DNA of 64,000 nt, from positions 1,920,001-1,984,000 of the forward strand of contig OZ251997.1 in the NCBI GenBank assembly GCA_965247095.1, given 5' to 3'. Within the stretch, counting starts at the first letter, position 1; the number at the start of each line of letters is the position of its first letter. Of the stretch, positions 54,552 through 64,000 are shown piece after piece. The stretch is from Candidatus Multivorans sp. (lineage in GTDB: Bacteria > Acidobacteriota > Thermoanaerobaculia > Multivoradales > Multivoraceae). A model generated the notes under the pieces. It was given only the letters and a program-made list of their open reading frames with translations. It did no database searches and was not told where the DNA came from. Made by a program: the position numbers and the translations under genes.

Positions 54552-55322
54552 ATGAGATTTTCCCACTACAGCCTCGGCCACAAGCAGGCCGGGGAAGTCG
54601 TCGAAGTCAACCTCTCCGGCAACGCTGCCAACGTGCGACTCCTGGACAGCGCGAACTTCTCCAACTACAAGAACGGCCGGCGACACAAATTCTATGGCGG
54701 TCTAGCGAAGAAGTCTCCGGTGCATCTCCCAATCCCACACTCCGGCACTTGGCACGTCACGGTAGACATGACGGGGCTGCGCGGCAGCACTCGCTCAGGC
54801 GTCCGGATGATGCCCAGGCCACTTGCGCCAATCAAAGAACCATCGCTTTCGTCGGTGCCTTCGCTCGTACGTGATCAACCACCCGAAGTGGACCAATCCG
54901 GCGACGCCTTCGATGTCTTCATCTCGCACGCGTCCGATGACAAGGATGACGTCGTGCGTCCGCTCGCGAGCGCACTGAAGGAGAAGGGTCTTCGTGTCTG
55001 GTACGACGAATTCGAGTTACAGATCGGATCCAGTCTAAGGCAGACGATCGACCGGGGCATCGCGCGGAGTCGGTTCGGCGTGGTGGTACTCTCTGGCCCG
55101 TTCTTCGAGAAGGGCTGGCCAGCCTACGAGCTCGACGGGCTCGTGACGCAAACCGTCAGTGGCCAACAAGTCCTTTTGCCGATCTGGCACGGTGTCACAA
55201 AGCAACAAGTGATGGACTTTAGTCCCTCGCTCGCCGACAAGCTTGCGCGGAGCACGGCGACTCACACCGTGGCCGAGATCGCGGCTGAAATCGCGACGGT
55301 CGTACAGGACCGAGGGTTCTGA
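54552..55322 (+). CDS. DUF1883-TIR domain protein
   Basis: VVEVNLSGNAANVRLLD..F..Y..GR...IPHSGTWHV (DUF1883); DVFISHAS.DK...VWYDEF...KGWPAYELDGL (TIR with catalytic Glu). Confidence 0.85.
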   Translation: MRFSHYSLGHKQAGEVVEVNLSGNAANVRLLDSANFSNYKNGRRHKFYGGLAKKSPVHLPIPHSGTWHVTVDMTGLRGSTRSGVRMMPRPLAPIKEPSLSSVPSLVRDQPPEVDQSGDAFDVFISHASDDKDDVVRPLASALKEKGLRVWYDEFELQIGSSLRQTIDRGIARSRFGVVVLSGPFFEKGWPAYELDGLVTQTVSGQQVLLPIWHGVTKQQVMDFSPSLADKLARSTATHTVAEIAAEIATVVQDRGF

Positions 55323-55444
55323 GCCCTTGCCTCCACTGTTCCGCCCGAGAGAACCGCCGCTGTGCGTGCCACCCATGGCATAACGCCACCTGCCGTCACT
55401 GGCCCAACCCGCACCCAACGGACAGAGTATGACCAGGAGACGGA

Positions 55445-56176
55445 ATGGACAAGGTAGCCCTCGTCGTCGGCGCCGGCGACTACATCGGATCGGCGATCGC
55501 CAAGCGCTTCGCCAAGGGCGGCTTCACGATCGTGGCCGGGCGGCGGAACGGCGACAAGCTGCAGCCTCTCATCGAGGAGATCGAGTCTTCCGGCGGCCGC
55601 TGCTACGGCTACTCACTCGACGCCCGGCAGGAGGAGCAGATTACAGGCCGGTTCGCCCAGGTCGAGCGGGACATCGGACCGATCGAGGTCTGCGTCTTCA
55701 ACGTCGGCGGCAACGTCCGGTTCCCGATTCTCGACACGACGACCCGGGTGTTCACCAAGGTCTGGCAGATGGCCTGCCTGGCCGGGTTCCTGGCCGGCCG
55801 GGAGGCGGCGAAGTACATGGTCCCGCGCCAACGCGGAGCGATCTTCTTCACCGGCGCCACCGCGAGCATGCGCGGCGGCAGCGGCTTCTCGGCCTTTGCG
55901 GCCGGCAAGTTCGGGCTGCGGGCGGTGGCGCAGAGCATGGCCCGGGAACTCGGGCCGAAGAACATCCATGTCGCACACCTAGTCATCGACGCCGGTGTCG
56001 ACACGGAGTGGGTGCGCGGCATGATCGCCCGCGGCGGCCGCGATCCGGACGAACTGCCGCCGGACACCCTGATGAACCCCGCTTCCGTCGGCGAGGCGTA
56101 CTGGCAGCTCTACAACCAGAGCCGCGACGCCTGGACCTTCGAGCTCGATCTCAGGCCCTTCCGGGAGAGCTGGTGA
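55445..56176 (+). CDS. SDR family oxidoreductase
   Basis: VVGAGDYIGSA, FTGATAS, FAAGKFGLR, WTFELDLRP. Confidence 0.9.
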   Translation: MDKVALVVGAGDYIGSAIAKRFAKGGFTIVAGRRNGDKLQPLIEEIESSGGRCYGYSLDARQEEQITGRFAQVERDIGPIEVCVFNVGGNVRFPILDTTTRVFTKVWQMACLAGFLAGREAAKYMVPRQRGAIFFTGATASMRGGSGFSAFAAGKFGLRAVAQSMARELGPKNIHVAHLVIDAGVDTEWVRGMIARGGRDPDELPPDTLMNPASVGEAYWQLYNQSRDAWTFELDLRPFRESW

Positions 56177-57027
56177 TGGCCGCGATCGACACCGGCACGA
56201 ACGAACTGCTGTGCGACCTGGAGGACGGCGTCGCCACGGTGACGCTGAACAAGCCGGAGAAGCGCAACGCCCTCGGCGACATCCTGACCCCGGCACTGCG
56301 GAGCATCCTGCTGGAGCTCGAAGCGGATCGGCGCTGTGGCGCGATCCTGCTCACCGGCGCCGGCAAAGCGTTCTGCGCCGGCGGCGACGTGTCGGGAATG
56401 GGGTCGAACCGCGGCAAGGGCAACGGCACCCGCGCCGGCAGCAGCGACACCCCGAGCGAACCGCCCAGCCATGACCAGGCCGTCCGTAACCTGATCGAGA
56501 AGCAGGAGTCGCTGACTCTTCGCATGGCGGAACTGGACAAACCGATCGTGGCCGCCCTGCCCGGCCCGGCCGCGGGCGCAGGGCTATCGATCGCGCTCGC
56601 CGCCGACCTGCGGATCATGGCCGACGACACCTTCGTCACCACCGCCTTCCGCCGTATCGGCCTGTCCGGCGACTACGGCTCGAGCTGGTTCCTGACCCGT
56701 CTGGTCGGACCGGCGGTGGCCAAGGAGCTGCTGATGACCGGCCGGCGCATCCCGGCCGAGGAGTGCCTGCGCCTGGGGATCGTGAACCGGATCGTGCCGT
56801 TCGACGACCTGGCCGCGGAGGGGAGGAACCTGGCACTGGAGCTGGCGAACGGCCCCAGGAACGCGCTCCGGTTGATGAAGGAGAACGTGAACCGGGCCGT
56901 GCTCGGCGATCTGCGCGCGTGTCTGGCCGGCGAAGCCGAGGGCATGGTCGCGTCGGTGCGGACGGCCGACCACAGGGAGGCGGTGCGGGCGTTCATGGAG
57001 AAAAGGGAGCCGCGGTTCGGGGGGTGA
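56176..57027 (+). CDS. Enoyl-CoA hydratase/isomerase
   Basis: TLNKPEKRNAL, AFCAGGD, GPAAGAGLSIALAAD, AFMEKREP. Confidence 0.92.
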   Translation: MAAIDTGTNELLCDLEDGVATVTLNKPEKRNALGDILTPALRSILLELEADRRCGAILLTGAGKAFCAGGDVSGMGSNRGKGNGTRAGSSDTPSEPPSHDQAVRNLIEKQESLTLRMAELDKPIVAALPGPAAGAGLSIALAADLRIMADDTFVTTAFRRIGLSGDYGSSWFLTRLVGPAVAKELLMTGRRIPAEECLRLGIVNRIVPFDDLAAEGRNLALELANGPRNALRLMKENVNRAVLGDLRACLAGEAEGMVASVRTADHREAVRAFMEKREPRFGG

Positions 57028-57028
57028 C

Positions 57029-58531
57029 TCAGTCTCCGTCGACGACGCTGGACCGGATCCCGCTGCCCGGCAGGGCGCCTTCGACCAGTTCGCCGTCCCG
57101 CACCACAAACACCCCGTCGACGAGGACGTGGGGAATCCCCGCCGAGGGCACGGCCGGCTCGGCGAAGGTGGCCCGGTCGGCCACGGTCTCCGGGTCGAAG
57201 ACGGTGATGTCCGCGTCCGCGCCGACCGCTACCCGGCCCTTCTTCGCCATCGCCGGCGCCACCGCTTCGAGGCGCTGAGCCGGCGCCAGGGTCATCTTGC
57301 GGATCGCCTCCATCAGGCTGAGCCGTCTCTGGTCCCGTACGTAACGTCCCAGCACGCGCGCGAACGTTCCGGCGCCGCGGGGGTGGGCGCGGCCGTCGAT
57401 GTAGCCGACGCCGTCGCTCGCGATCATCACCTCGGGGTGCGCGATCGCGTCCCCGAGTTCCTGCTCGGGGATGATGTGGGCGATGACGATCGCGGGCGCC
57501 GTGTCCGGAGTTTCCATTCGCCGGTGCATGAAGGCCGCTTCATCCAGCCGTTCGCCGGTGGCGACCCATTCGATGTCGCGGTAGTTCGCGCCCATGCGCT
57601 CGCGCCAGCCCGGGTCGAAGATGGCCGAGCGGATATCCGTCGACGCGGCGGTGTATGGATAGACCTCGGTCGTCACGTCGATCCCGGCCGAGGCGGCATT
57701 GCTGATCATGTCGATGACCACGGGCATCTGCTCCAGCCCGGTCGAGCCGATGTGGACGATGTGAACCGAGCCGCCCGAGCCCGCGGCGTCGGCGATCATC
57801 TCCTGGACCGCGGAGATCGCGCTCTCCGGCTCCTTCATCCCCGCGTAGCGGATATGGGCGAAGACGGTCACGCCGGCTTCCGCCGCGGTCTGGAACATGC
57901 GGAAGATCTCGGTGCGCGAGGCGCCGGGCTGGTACTGGAGCGGCAAACCGACTCCGAGAGCGCCGTCGGCGAGCCCCTCCCGCAGCGTTTCCTGAATGGC
58001 TTCGATCCGCTCGGGACTCGCCTCCTCGTTTCGCGCGGCCTGCTCGTCTTCGCCGAATGCCAGCACCCGCGCTGCCCCGTACGCCGTTGTGGCGCCGAAG
58101 TGGATGCGCCAGGAACCCTCGCGCTCCGCGTACCACTCGTCGACCGGGAACGCTCCCCCTTCGAGCTCGAAAGCGGCGGTCACGCCGTCGCGCACCTGCA
58201 GGTCGCGGCTGAAGGGATCATGGCCGTGGGCATGCAGATCGATGAACCCGGGCGCCACGACCAGGCCCGAAACATCGATCACTTCCGAACCACTCAAGGG
58301 CTCGGCCGAGATCGCCGCGATCGCCGCCCCGCTGACGCCGACGTCCATCACCGCGTCCAGGCTCGATTCCGGATCCATGACCCGGCCGCCGCGAAGCACG
58401 ACGTCGTACAGAACCGGCTCGGGCGCGCAGGCGATCAGCAGGAGGACCGCGAGCGGAAGTGCTGCAACCGCCCAACGCCCGGAGGCCGGCGCCGCGCGCC
58501 GAATGCACACAGTCCGCTGCTCAGACTGCAT
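57029..58531 (-). CDS. Amidohydrolase (N-acyl-D-amino acid deacylase-like), probable lipoprotein
   Basis: PGFIDLHAH, ASDG, HPRGAGTF, GADADITVFD; LLLIAC lipobox. Confidence 0.88.
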   Translation of the reverse strand: MQSEQRTVCIRRAAPASGRWAVAALPLAVLLLIACAPEPVLYDVVLRGGRVMDPESSLDAVMDVGVSGAAIAAISAEPLSGSEVIDVSGLVVAPGFIDLHAHGHDPFSRDLQVRDGVTAAFELEGGAFPVDEWYAEREGSWRIHFGATTAYGAARVLAFGEDEQAARNEEASPERIEAIQETLREGLADGALGVGLPLQYQPGASRTEIFRMFQTAAEAGVTVFAHIRYAGMKEPESAISAVQEMIADAAGSGGSVHIVHIGSTGLEQMPVVIDMISNAASAGIDVTTEVYPYTAASTDIRSAIFDPGWRERMGANYRDIEWVATGERLDEAAFMHRRMETPDTAPAIVIAHIIPEQELGDAIAHPEVMIASDGVGYIDGRAHPRGAGTFARVLGRYVRDQRRLSLMEAIRKMTLAPAQRLEAVAPAMAKKGRVAVGADADITVFDPETVADRATFAEPAVPSAGIPHVLVDGVFVVRDGELVEGALPGSGIRSSVVDGD

Positions 58532-61500
58532 CGAAAACCTCCTCCATCGCGGCCTCGGCAGGCTCGGGCGGCGGCTTCACACCGTGGACCGCGAGTTGAG
58601 ACCGGAAGTCGTTCAGGATCGCGTAGAGCGACGGCACGAGCACCAGCGTGATCGCCGTCGCGAACAGGACGCCGAAGGCGAGCGAGACGGCCATGGGCAC
58701 CAGGAACTGCGCCTGGAAACTCCGCTCCAGGAGCAGCGGCAGCAGGCCGACGAAGGTGGTCAGCGAGGTCAGGACGATGGGCCGGAAGCGGGCGGCGCCG
58801 GCATCGCGGATCGCCTCGTGGACCATCATGCCGCTCGCAAGCCGCCGGTTGATGAAGTCGACCATGACCAGCGAGTCGTTGACGACCACACCAGTCAGGG
58901 CGATCAGGCCGAGGAGCGACAGCATGGTCAGGTTCAGACCGACCACCCGGTGGCCGACCACGGCGCCGATCAGGCCGAACGGGATCGCACTCATCACGAT
59001 CATCGGCTGCAGGTAGGAACGGAACGGAATCGCAAGCAGGGCGTAGATGACGATCAGCGCCACTCCCAGCGCTTCGAACAGCCCCTGGAAGGTCTGACGC
59101 TGCTCCTCCTGTTCGCCCGCGAACGAGGAATTGACACCGGGGTAGCCGGCCAGGATCTCGGGCAGCACGTTGGCTTCGAGGTCGCCGACGACTTCGTTCG
59201 CGGTCACGGCCCCCGGATCGACATCCGCCGTGATGTTGAGCACCCGCCGCCGGTCGATGCGCCCTATGGTCGCGAAACCGCGGCCGAAATCGGCGCGGCC
59301 CGCGAACGAGAACGGGACCTCGGCCCCGGTCGGCGTCCGGATCCGCATGTCCTCGAGCGACGCCAGGGTCTCCCGTTCCTCCAACGGATAGCGAACCATC
59401 ACCCTCACGTCGTCGCGCCCGCGCTGGATCCGCTGCGCCTCGGCGCCGTAGAAGCCCTGTCGCACCTGACGGCCGAGAGCCTCGAGGCTCAGGCCCAGGG
59501 CTTCGGCCCGCGGATCGAGCTCCAGCCGGATTTCCCGCTTGCCGGCACGGAAGGAGTCCGAGATGTCGAAGACGCCGGGGTAGTCGGCCAGGCGGGTCTT
59601 GATCTCCTCCCCCGCCGCCCGAAGCTGGTCGAGATCCGCACCGGTGAGCTGCACATCGACCGGCGAACCGAAGCTGACCAGACTCGCGGTGTACGCGACG
59701 CGGACCGCGTCGGGCACGCTGCCCACCTTCTCGCGCCACCGTCGGACGACCTCGGTGGCCCGGATCGTCCGCTCCCGGGACGACATGAGTTCGATGTTCA
59801 CCTCGCCCTGATGCGGCGCCGCGACCGCCACCTGGAAGCTGGCGGTCGGTCCGCTCGCCTGCTGCAGCGCCGCGTAGGGCTGCGAGCCAACCGTCGCCAT
59901 CACATGGCGGAATACGTCGCCGTGACCCTCGCGCCGCAGTTCCTCTCCGAGTTCGAAGGCCGCCGCTTCGATGCGCCCGACAGCCGCGAGGGTGGTCTCC
60001 GCCGGCGTTCCCTGCGGCATGGTCAGCAGCACGACCGCGTTGTCCGCCTCGACGTCCGGGAAGAACTCGAACTTCATCCGACCGGAGAAGATGTACCCGG
60101 CCACAATCATGAACACCGCCACTGCGATGGCCACGGTGGTGTACCGCCACTCGATCGCCCGTTCGATCAAGGGCCGGTAGGCGCGTTCGATCGCCCACTT
60201 CATCCCCTCGCCGAAGAAGCCCTGAAAACGGTACCAACCACGCGAGATGCCGTGCCGCTCCCGGTCTTCGCGCCGGTGCGACAGGTGGGACAGGTGATTC
60301 GGCAGCACCAGCATGGACTCGATCAACGAGAACGCCAGACAGCCGATGACCACCAGGGGAATCGTCCGCGCGATGGCGCCCGAGGGGCCTTCCATCGAGT
60401 AGATCAACGGCGAGAAGGCGGCCACGGTGGTGAGGATCGAGAACGTGACCGGCGTCGCCACCTGGCGCGCGCCGTCGATCGCCGCACGCATGCCCCGCTT
60501 GCCCATCTCGAAGTGGCGGTAGATGTTCTCGCCGACCACGATCGCGTCGTCGACCACGATCCCGAGCACCAGGATGAACGCGAACAGCGACATCACGTTG
60601 ATCGACACGTTGACGTACGGCAGCACGGCGAGCGCGCCCAGGAACGAGACCGCGATGCCGACCGACACCCACAGGGCCAAGCGGAGTTTCAGGAACAGGG
60701 CCAGCACCAGGAACACGAGCAGCAGACCCAACCGTCCGCTCTCGAGCAGGACCCGCAACCGGTCCTGCAGCGGCACCGTGTCGTCGAGCCAGGTGGTCAT
60801 CTGCAGGCCGGGCGGCAGGGCCGCCGACCTCTCCGCGATGAAGTCCTTGACCTGGCGGGCAATGCGGAGAGCGCTCTGATCGCCGACCCGGTAGACCTGG
60901 ACCAGGGCCACGGGCTGCCCGTCGAAGCGCGACGTCACGTCAGTCTCGGCGAAGCCGTCCGTCACCCGCGCGATGTCGCCTAGTACGAGCCGGCTGCCGT
61001 CAGCCCGCGCCCGCAGCACGATGCCGCCGAACTCGGCGCCCCGGTACGCCTGCCCCATCGTGCGCAGGAGGATCTCGCCCTCGCGCGCTCTGACCGCGCC
61101 GCCCGGAAGATCGAGCGATGACCGCCGCACCGCCAGCACGACCTCGTCGAAGGTCAGGCCGTACTGCCGGAGCGTGTCCTCCGAGACCTCGATCGAGATC
61201 TCGTAGGGCCGCACCGCGTCGAGTTCCACCTGGGTGATGTCGGGAAGTTCCGACAGGCCCTCGCGCACCTGCTCCGCGACCGCCTTGAGCGCCCGCTCCT
61301 CGACATCGCCGTAGACCGCCACCGTGATCACGCGGCGACGGATGAGCGCCTCCTGGATGATCGGCTTCTCGGTCTCTTCGGGAAAGGTCGTGATCGCGTC
61401 GATCCGCGACTTGACCTGGTCCAGCACCTCGCGGGTGTCGGCGCCGCTCTCCAGTTCGATGACCACGGTGGCGACTCCCTCCGCCGCCGTGGAGCGGACC

Positions 61501-61739
61501 TTGCCTATGCCCTCCAGGTCCTGCACCGCCTCCTCCACACGCAGGCAGACACCCTGCTCGACCTCTTCCGGCGCCGCACCCAGGTAGGGCACGGTCACCG
61601 TGATGCTCTGCGTCTCCAGGCTCGGGAAGACCTCGATCGGCATGCCGGTCATGGCGAGCAGACCCCAGACCACGACAAAGACCATCAACAGGTTCGCCGC
61701 CACGCCGTTGCGGGCGAACCAACCGATCACTCCGCTCAT
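58521..61739 (-). CDS. RND efflux permease (AcrB/AcrD/AcrF family)
   Basis: FARNGVAANLLM, LGIVVDDAIVVGEN, RFRPIVLTSLTT. Confidence 0.95.
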   Translation of the reverse strand: MSGVIGWFARNGVAANLLMVFVVVWGLLAMTGMPIEVFPSLETQSITVTVPYLGAAPEEVEQGVCLRVEEAVQDLEGIGKVRSTAAEGVATVVIELESGADTREVLDQVKSRIDAITTFPEETEKPIIQEALIRRRVITVAVYGDVEERALKAVAEQVREGLSELPDITQVELDAVRPYEISIEVSEDTLRQYGLTFDEVVLAVRRSSLDLPGGAVRAREGEILLRTMGQAYRGAEFGGIVLRARADGSRLVLGDIARVTDGFAETDVTSRFDGQPVALVQVYRVGDQSALRIARQVKDFIAERSAALPPGLQMTTWLDDTVPLQDRLRVLLESGRLGLLLVFLVLALFLKLRLALWVSVGIAVSFLGALAVLPYVNVSINVMSLFAFILVLGIVVDDAIVVGENIYRHFEMGKRGMRAAIDGARQVATPVTFSILTTVAAFSPLIYSMEGPSGAIARTIPLVVIGCLAFSLIESMLVLPNHLSHLSHRREDRERHGISRGWYRFQGFFGEGMKWAIERAYRPLIERAIEWRYTTVAIAVAVFMIVAGYIFSGRMKFEFFPDVEADNAVVLLTMPQGTPAETTLAAVGRIEAAAFELGEELRREGHGDVFRHVMATVGSQPYAALQQASGPTASFQVAVAAPHQGEVNIELMSSRERTIRATEVVRRWREKVGSVPDAVRVAYTASLVSFGSPVDVQLTGADLDQLRAAGEEIKTRLADYPGVFDISDSFRAGKREIRLELDPRAEALGLSLEALGRQVRQGFYGAEAQRIQRGRDDVRVMVRYPLEERETLASLEDMRIRTPTGAEVPFSFAGRADFGRGFATIGRIDRRRVLNITADVDPGAVTANEVVGDLEANVLPEILAGYPGVNSSFAGEQEEQRQTFQGLFEALGVALIVIYALLAIPFRSYLQPMIVMSAIPFGLIGAVVGHRVVGLNLTMLSLLGLIALTGVVVNDSLVMVDFINRRLASGMMVHEAIRDAGAARFRPIVLTSLTTFVGLLPLLLERSFQAQFLVPMAVSLAFGVLFATAITLVLVPSLYAILNDFRSQLAVHGVKPPPEPAEAAMEEVFDAV

Positions 61740-63328
61740 GGCGCGCCGCCGCGCAGACGCAGACGCAGCCCCGCACGATCCGCGATCGGCTCCACGTCGC
61801 CCGCGGCGGCGCCGTCGATGACCACGCGGGTGACCGGGTCGGCGCCGCCGCGGAACTGGGCGACACGGACAGAGCGTGCCGGCGAGCCGCCGGTTGAACC
61901 TCCGTCACCCTCCTGGTCCACGGCGACCAGGGTGTTCGAGACCCGCATCACGCAACCCGAAAGGTCGACCACGTAGCGCGGCGGATCGTCCAGCCAGAAT
62001 GTCCGGTAGACGGGTTCGCCGCCGGCGCGGAGCAGCACGTCGACGTACCCGGCGCCGCGCTCCAGTTCGACGCCGGTGAGGGTCAATCGCCGGGTCTTGA
62101 GCGGGTCGGCGGCGGCGGCGCCGCGGGCAGCCGGGGCCGCGGGTGTCGGCTCCTCGGCGCCGGTCGCAGGCGCAGCGGGCGCGGGCACAGGCTCCAACTC
62201 CGGCGTCACCGCCATGCCGTCCATGGCCGTTTCGAGAATCGTCAAACTGATCCGATCGCCGCTTACAAGGCCGTCGGAGACGATCGCCACCTCCGGATCC
62301 GAGCGCAGGACCCCGACCTGCCGCAGGGCCAGCCGGCCGTCCTCTACCAACCACAGCCGGTCCGCGCCCACCAGCGCGCCGCGCGGCACCTCGAACACGG
62401 AGTCGACCGAACGCCCGACCACTTCCGCGTCCACGAACAGACCCACCGACAGCGGCGGGCGTTCCCCAACCGCCCGGTAAGGGTCCTCCACGCGGGCGAT
62501 CAAGTTCACCATGCGCGTCGCCGGGTCGATCTCGCCGCCGACGCGGACGATCCGGGCCTCCCATTCGTGCCGCCCGCCGGCGAACTGCGCCCGCAACAGC
62601 ACCCGCGGCCCGCCGCCCCCCAGTGCCGTGCCCAGCGGCAGGTCGAGGAAGGCGAGCTCCGAGTCGGGTACCGGCAGGGTGACCTCGGCCGCGTCCACGG
62701 AGTAGATCGTCGCCAGGGGCGCGCCGCGGTTCACGAACTCGCCGCGGTCTACCCGCTTGGCGCGCAGGCGGCCGGCAAACGGCGCCCGGATCGCCGTTCG
62801 CTCCAGATCCAGGTCGGCGCGAGCCTGGTTCGCCAGGGCGGCCTCGAGACGGGCCCTGGCCTCGTCCAACTGAGGCTCGCGGAGCACCAGGGGCCCCGGC
62901 TCGCCAGACTCGCCCAGATCCTCCCACTCCTCCCGCGCGACCTCGGCCTCCGCCTCCTCCCGCGTCAGCGCGACCCGCGCCTGCGCCACCGACGCCCGGG
63001 CGCTGGCGACCGCCAGCTCGTAGTCGCGGCGGTCCAGCCGCAGCAACACGTCACCGGCGTCGAAGAACCCGCCGACCTCGAAGCTCGCAGCCACCCAGAC
63101 GATGTTGCCGGCGACCTCCGAGACCAGGCCGGCCTCGGTCACAGGAACCACCGATCCCTGAGAGCGCACGCTGAGTTCGAGCGAGGTCGGCGCCACAGTC
63201 AGGACCCGGACAGGAGGCGGCACGACCTGCCGCGGCGCGGTCTCCACCACCGGCCGCGATATCACCAGACCCACGACGATCACCACGGTAAGCGCCACGA
63301 CCGCGACGGGCAGAATCCACTTCAGCAC
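61736..63328 (-). CDS. RND periplasmic adaptor (MFP) with C-terminal AMIN-like domain
   Basis: LERTAIRAPFAG, IDPATRM; after a Pro/Ala linker, YRTFWLDDPPRYVVDL...VRVAQF...TRVVID. Confidence 0.85.
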   Translation of the reverse strand: MLKWILPVAVVALTVVIVVGLVISRPVVETAPRQVVPPPVRVLTVAPTSLELSVRSQGSVVPVTEAGLVSEVAGNIVWVAASFEVGGFFDAGDVLLRLDRRDYELAVASARASVAQARVALTREEAEAEVAREEWEDLGESGEPGPLVLREPQLDEARARLEAALANQARADLDLERTAIRAPFAGRLRAKRVDRGEFVNRGAPLATIYSVDAAEVTLPVPDSELAFLDLPLGTALGGGGPRVLLRAQFAGGRHEWEARIVRVGGEIDPATRMVNLIARVEDPYRAVGERPPLSVGLFVDAEVVGRSVDSVFEVPRGALVGADRLWLVEDGRLALRQVGVLRSDPEVAIVSDGLVSGDRISLTILETAMDGMAVTPELEPVPAPAAPATGAEEPTPAAPAARGAAAADPLKTRRLTLTGVELERGAGYVDVLLRAGGEPVYRTFWLDDPPRYVVDLSGCVMRVSNTLVAVDQEGDGGSTGGSPARSVRVAQFRGGADPVTRVVIDGAAAGDVEPIADRAGLRLRLRGGAP

Positions 63329-63330
63329 GT

Positions 63331-64000
63331 TCAGTCTCCGCCTCCAGCGACCGGGGCGCCCAGACCGCCATAGACGCCCCCACCCAACGCCAGGATCAGA
63401 TCCGTCCGCGATTCGAGTTGCTGCCGACGGGCGGCAAGCAATTGGCGCTCCGATTCGAACGACGTGCGCTGACTGTCGAGCACCTGCAGGTAGCCCACCA
63501 GTCCCTGCCGGTACCGGCCCTCGGCCAGGCGTTCCGCCTCCCGGCTCTCGGTAGCCGCCCGCTCCAGCGCCCCTGTCCGCTCCGCCAGCATCCGTTCCGC
63601 CACGAGACCCGACTCGACTTCCGCGAAGGCCGCGAGAGCCGTCTGCAACCAGTTCGCCTCCGCCGCGTCCAGGCCCGCCAGCACCAGATCCCGCCCGGCG
63701 CGGAGCCGGCCACCCGAAAGCAGGGGCTGCAGCAGGCCGGCGGCCACACTCCAGACCGAGAAGTCTCCGTCCAGCAGGTCGCTGAGCTCTCCGCTCGACG
63801 TGCCCGACGAGCCGTTGAGCCTGAAGGTCGGGTACAGAGCCCGGCGGGCGGCGCGGAGCCGTTCGGACGAGGCGACCGCGCGGTACTCTGCCGCCCGCAG
63901 GTCCGGCCGGCGCGCGAGCAGATCCGCCGGCACGCCGGTCGCGGGCAGCGGCGGCAATTCGGGCAGGCCCTCGGCCGCCTCGATCTCGCCCGCCGGATAG
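63331..64000 (-). CDS. Outer membrane efflux factor (NodT/OprM-like), 5' end outside window
   Basis: GVPADLLARRPDL, LYPTFRL, RYRQGLVGYLQVLDSQR, LILALGGG. Confidence 0.92.
   Translation of the reverse strand, partial: YPAGEIEAAEGLPELPPLPATGVPADLLARRPDLRAAEYRAVASSERLRAARRALYPTFRLNGSSGTSSGELSDLLDGDFSVWSVAAGLLQPLLSGGRLRAGRDLVLAGLDAAEANWLQTALAAFAEVESGLVAERMLAERTGALERAATESREAERLAEGRYRQGLVGYLQVLDSQRTSFESERQLLAARRQQLESRTDLILALGGGVYGGLGAPVAGGGD

Noticed and set aside
3662-60983. Many long antisense or alternate-frame ORFs (e.g. 3662-5377+, 8144-9691-, 27049-28677+, 33009-34610-, 37171-38841+, 57996-60983+)
   Set aside because: They overlap well-supported genes, are Arg/Gly/Ala/Pro-rich without motifs, and are expected shadow ORFs in high-GC DNA
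1-64000. CRISPR array, tRNA or rRNA
   Set aside because: No regularly spaced direct repeats with unique spacers, no cloverleaf/T-loop signature and no rRNA-like segment seen by eye; tRNAscan and CRISPR finders were not run

Overview
High-GC bacterial chromosomal window. The TonB-dependent receptor style, carboxypeptidase-regulatory-like repeat proteins and general gene content suggest Acidobacteriota, but that is inference only. Housekeeping and metabolic genes include a MATE pump, a fused acyl-CoA carboxylase, ppx, ltaE, an Fe/B12 ABC importer, coaA, an ActP-like symporter, recD2, a GH20, galK, SDR/enoyl-CoA hydratase and an RND pump. Four accessory blocks interrupt them. (1) ~11.6-18.4 kb defence island: higBA, a CBS+HEPN-motif protein, multi-domain McrB, McrC, and a DUF3800-like gene preceded by its own promoter and a compact two-hairpin leader RNA. 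(2) ~28.5-32.3 kb: IS481-like and IS3 remnants followed by a cassette of a secreted 6-Cys peptide, a beta-sandwich repeat protein and a PDZ protein. (3) ~34.5-36.4 kb: an inverted-repeat-bounded element, a phd/doc-like pair and a split trypsin-like protease. (4) ~43.5-55.3 kb: decayed TA genes, a type I R-M operon with three translationally coupled accessory genes (HEPN-motif DUF3644-like, unknown, PIN) between hsdS and hsdR, and a YjzC-like/DUF1883-TIR pair. A four-copy GAAC-footed double-hairpin repeat with compensatory substitutions is dispersed in the window, and recD2 carries a 72-bp foreign insertion. Several genes are truncated or frameshifted. No rRNA, tRNA or CRISPR array was seen. 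All family calls come from motif recognition by eye, not from database searches.
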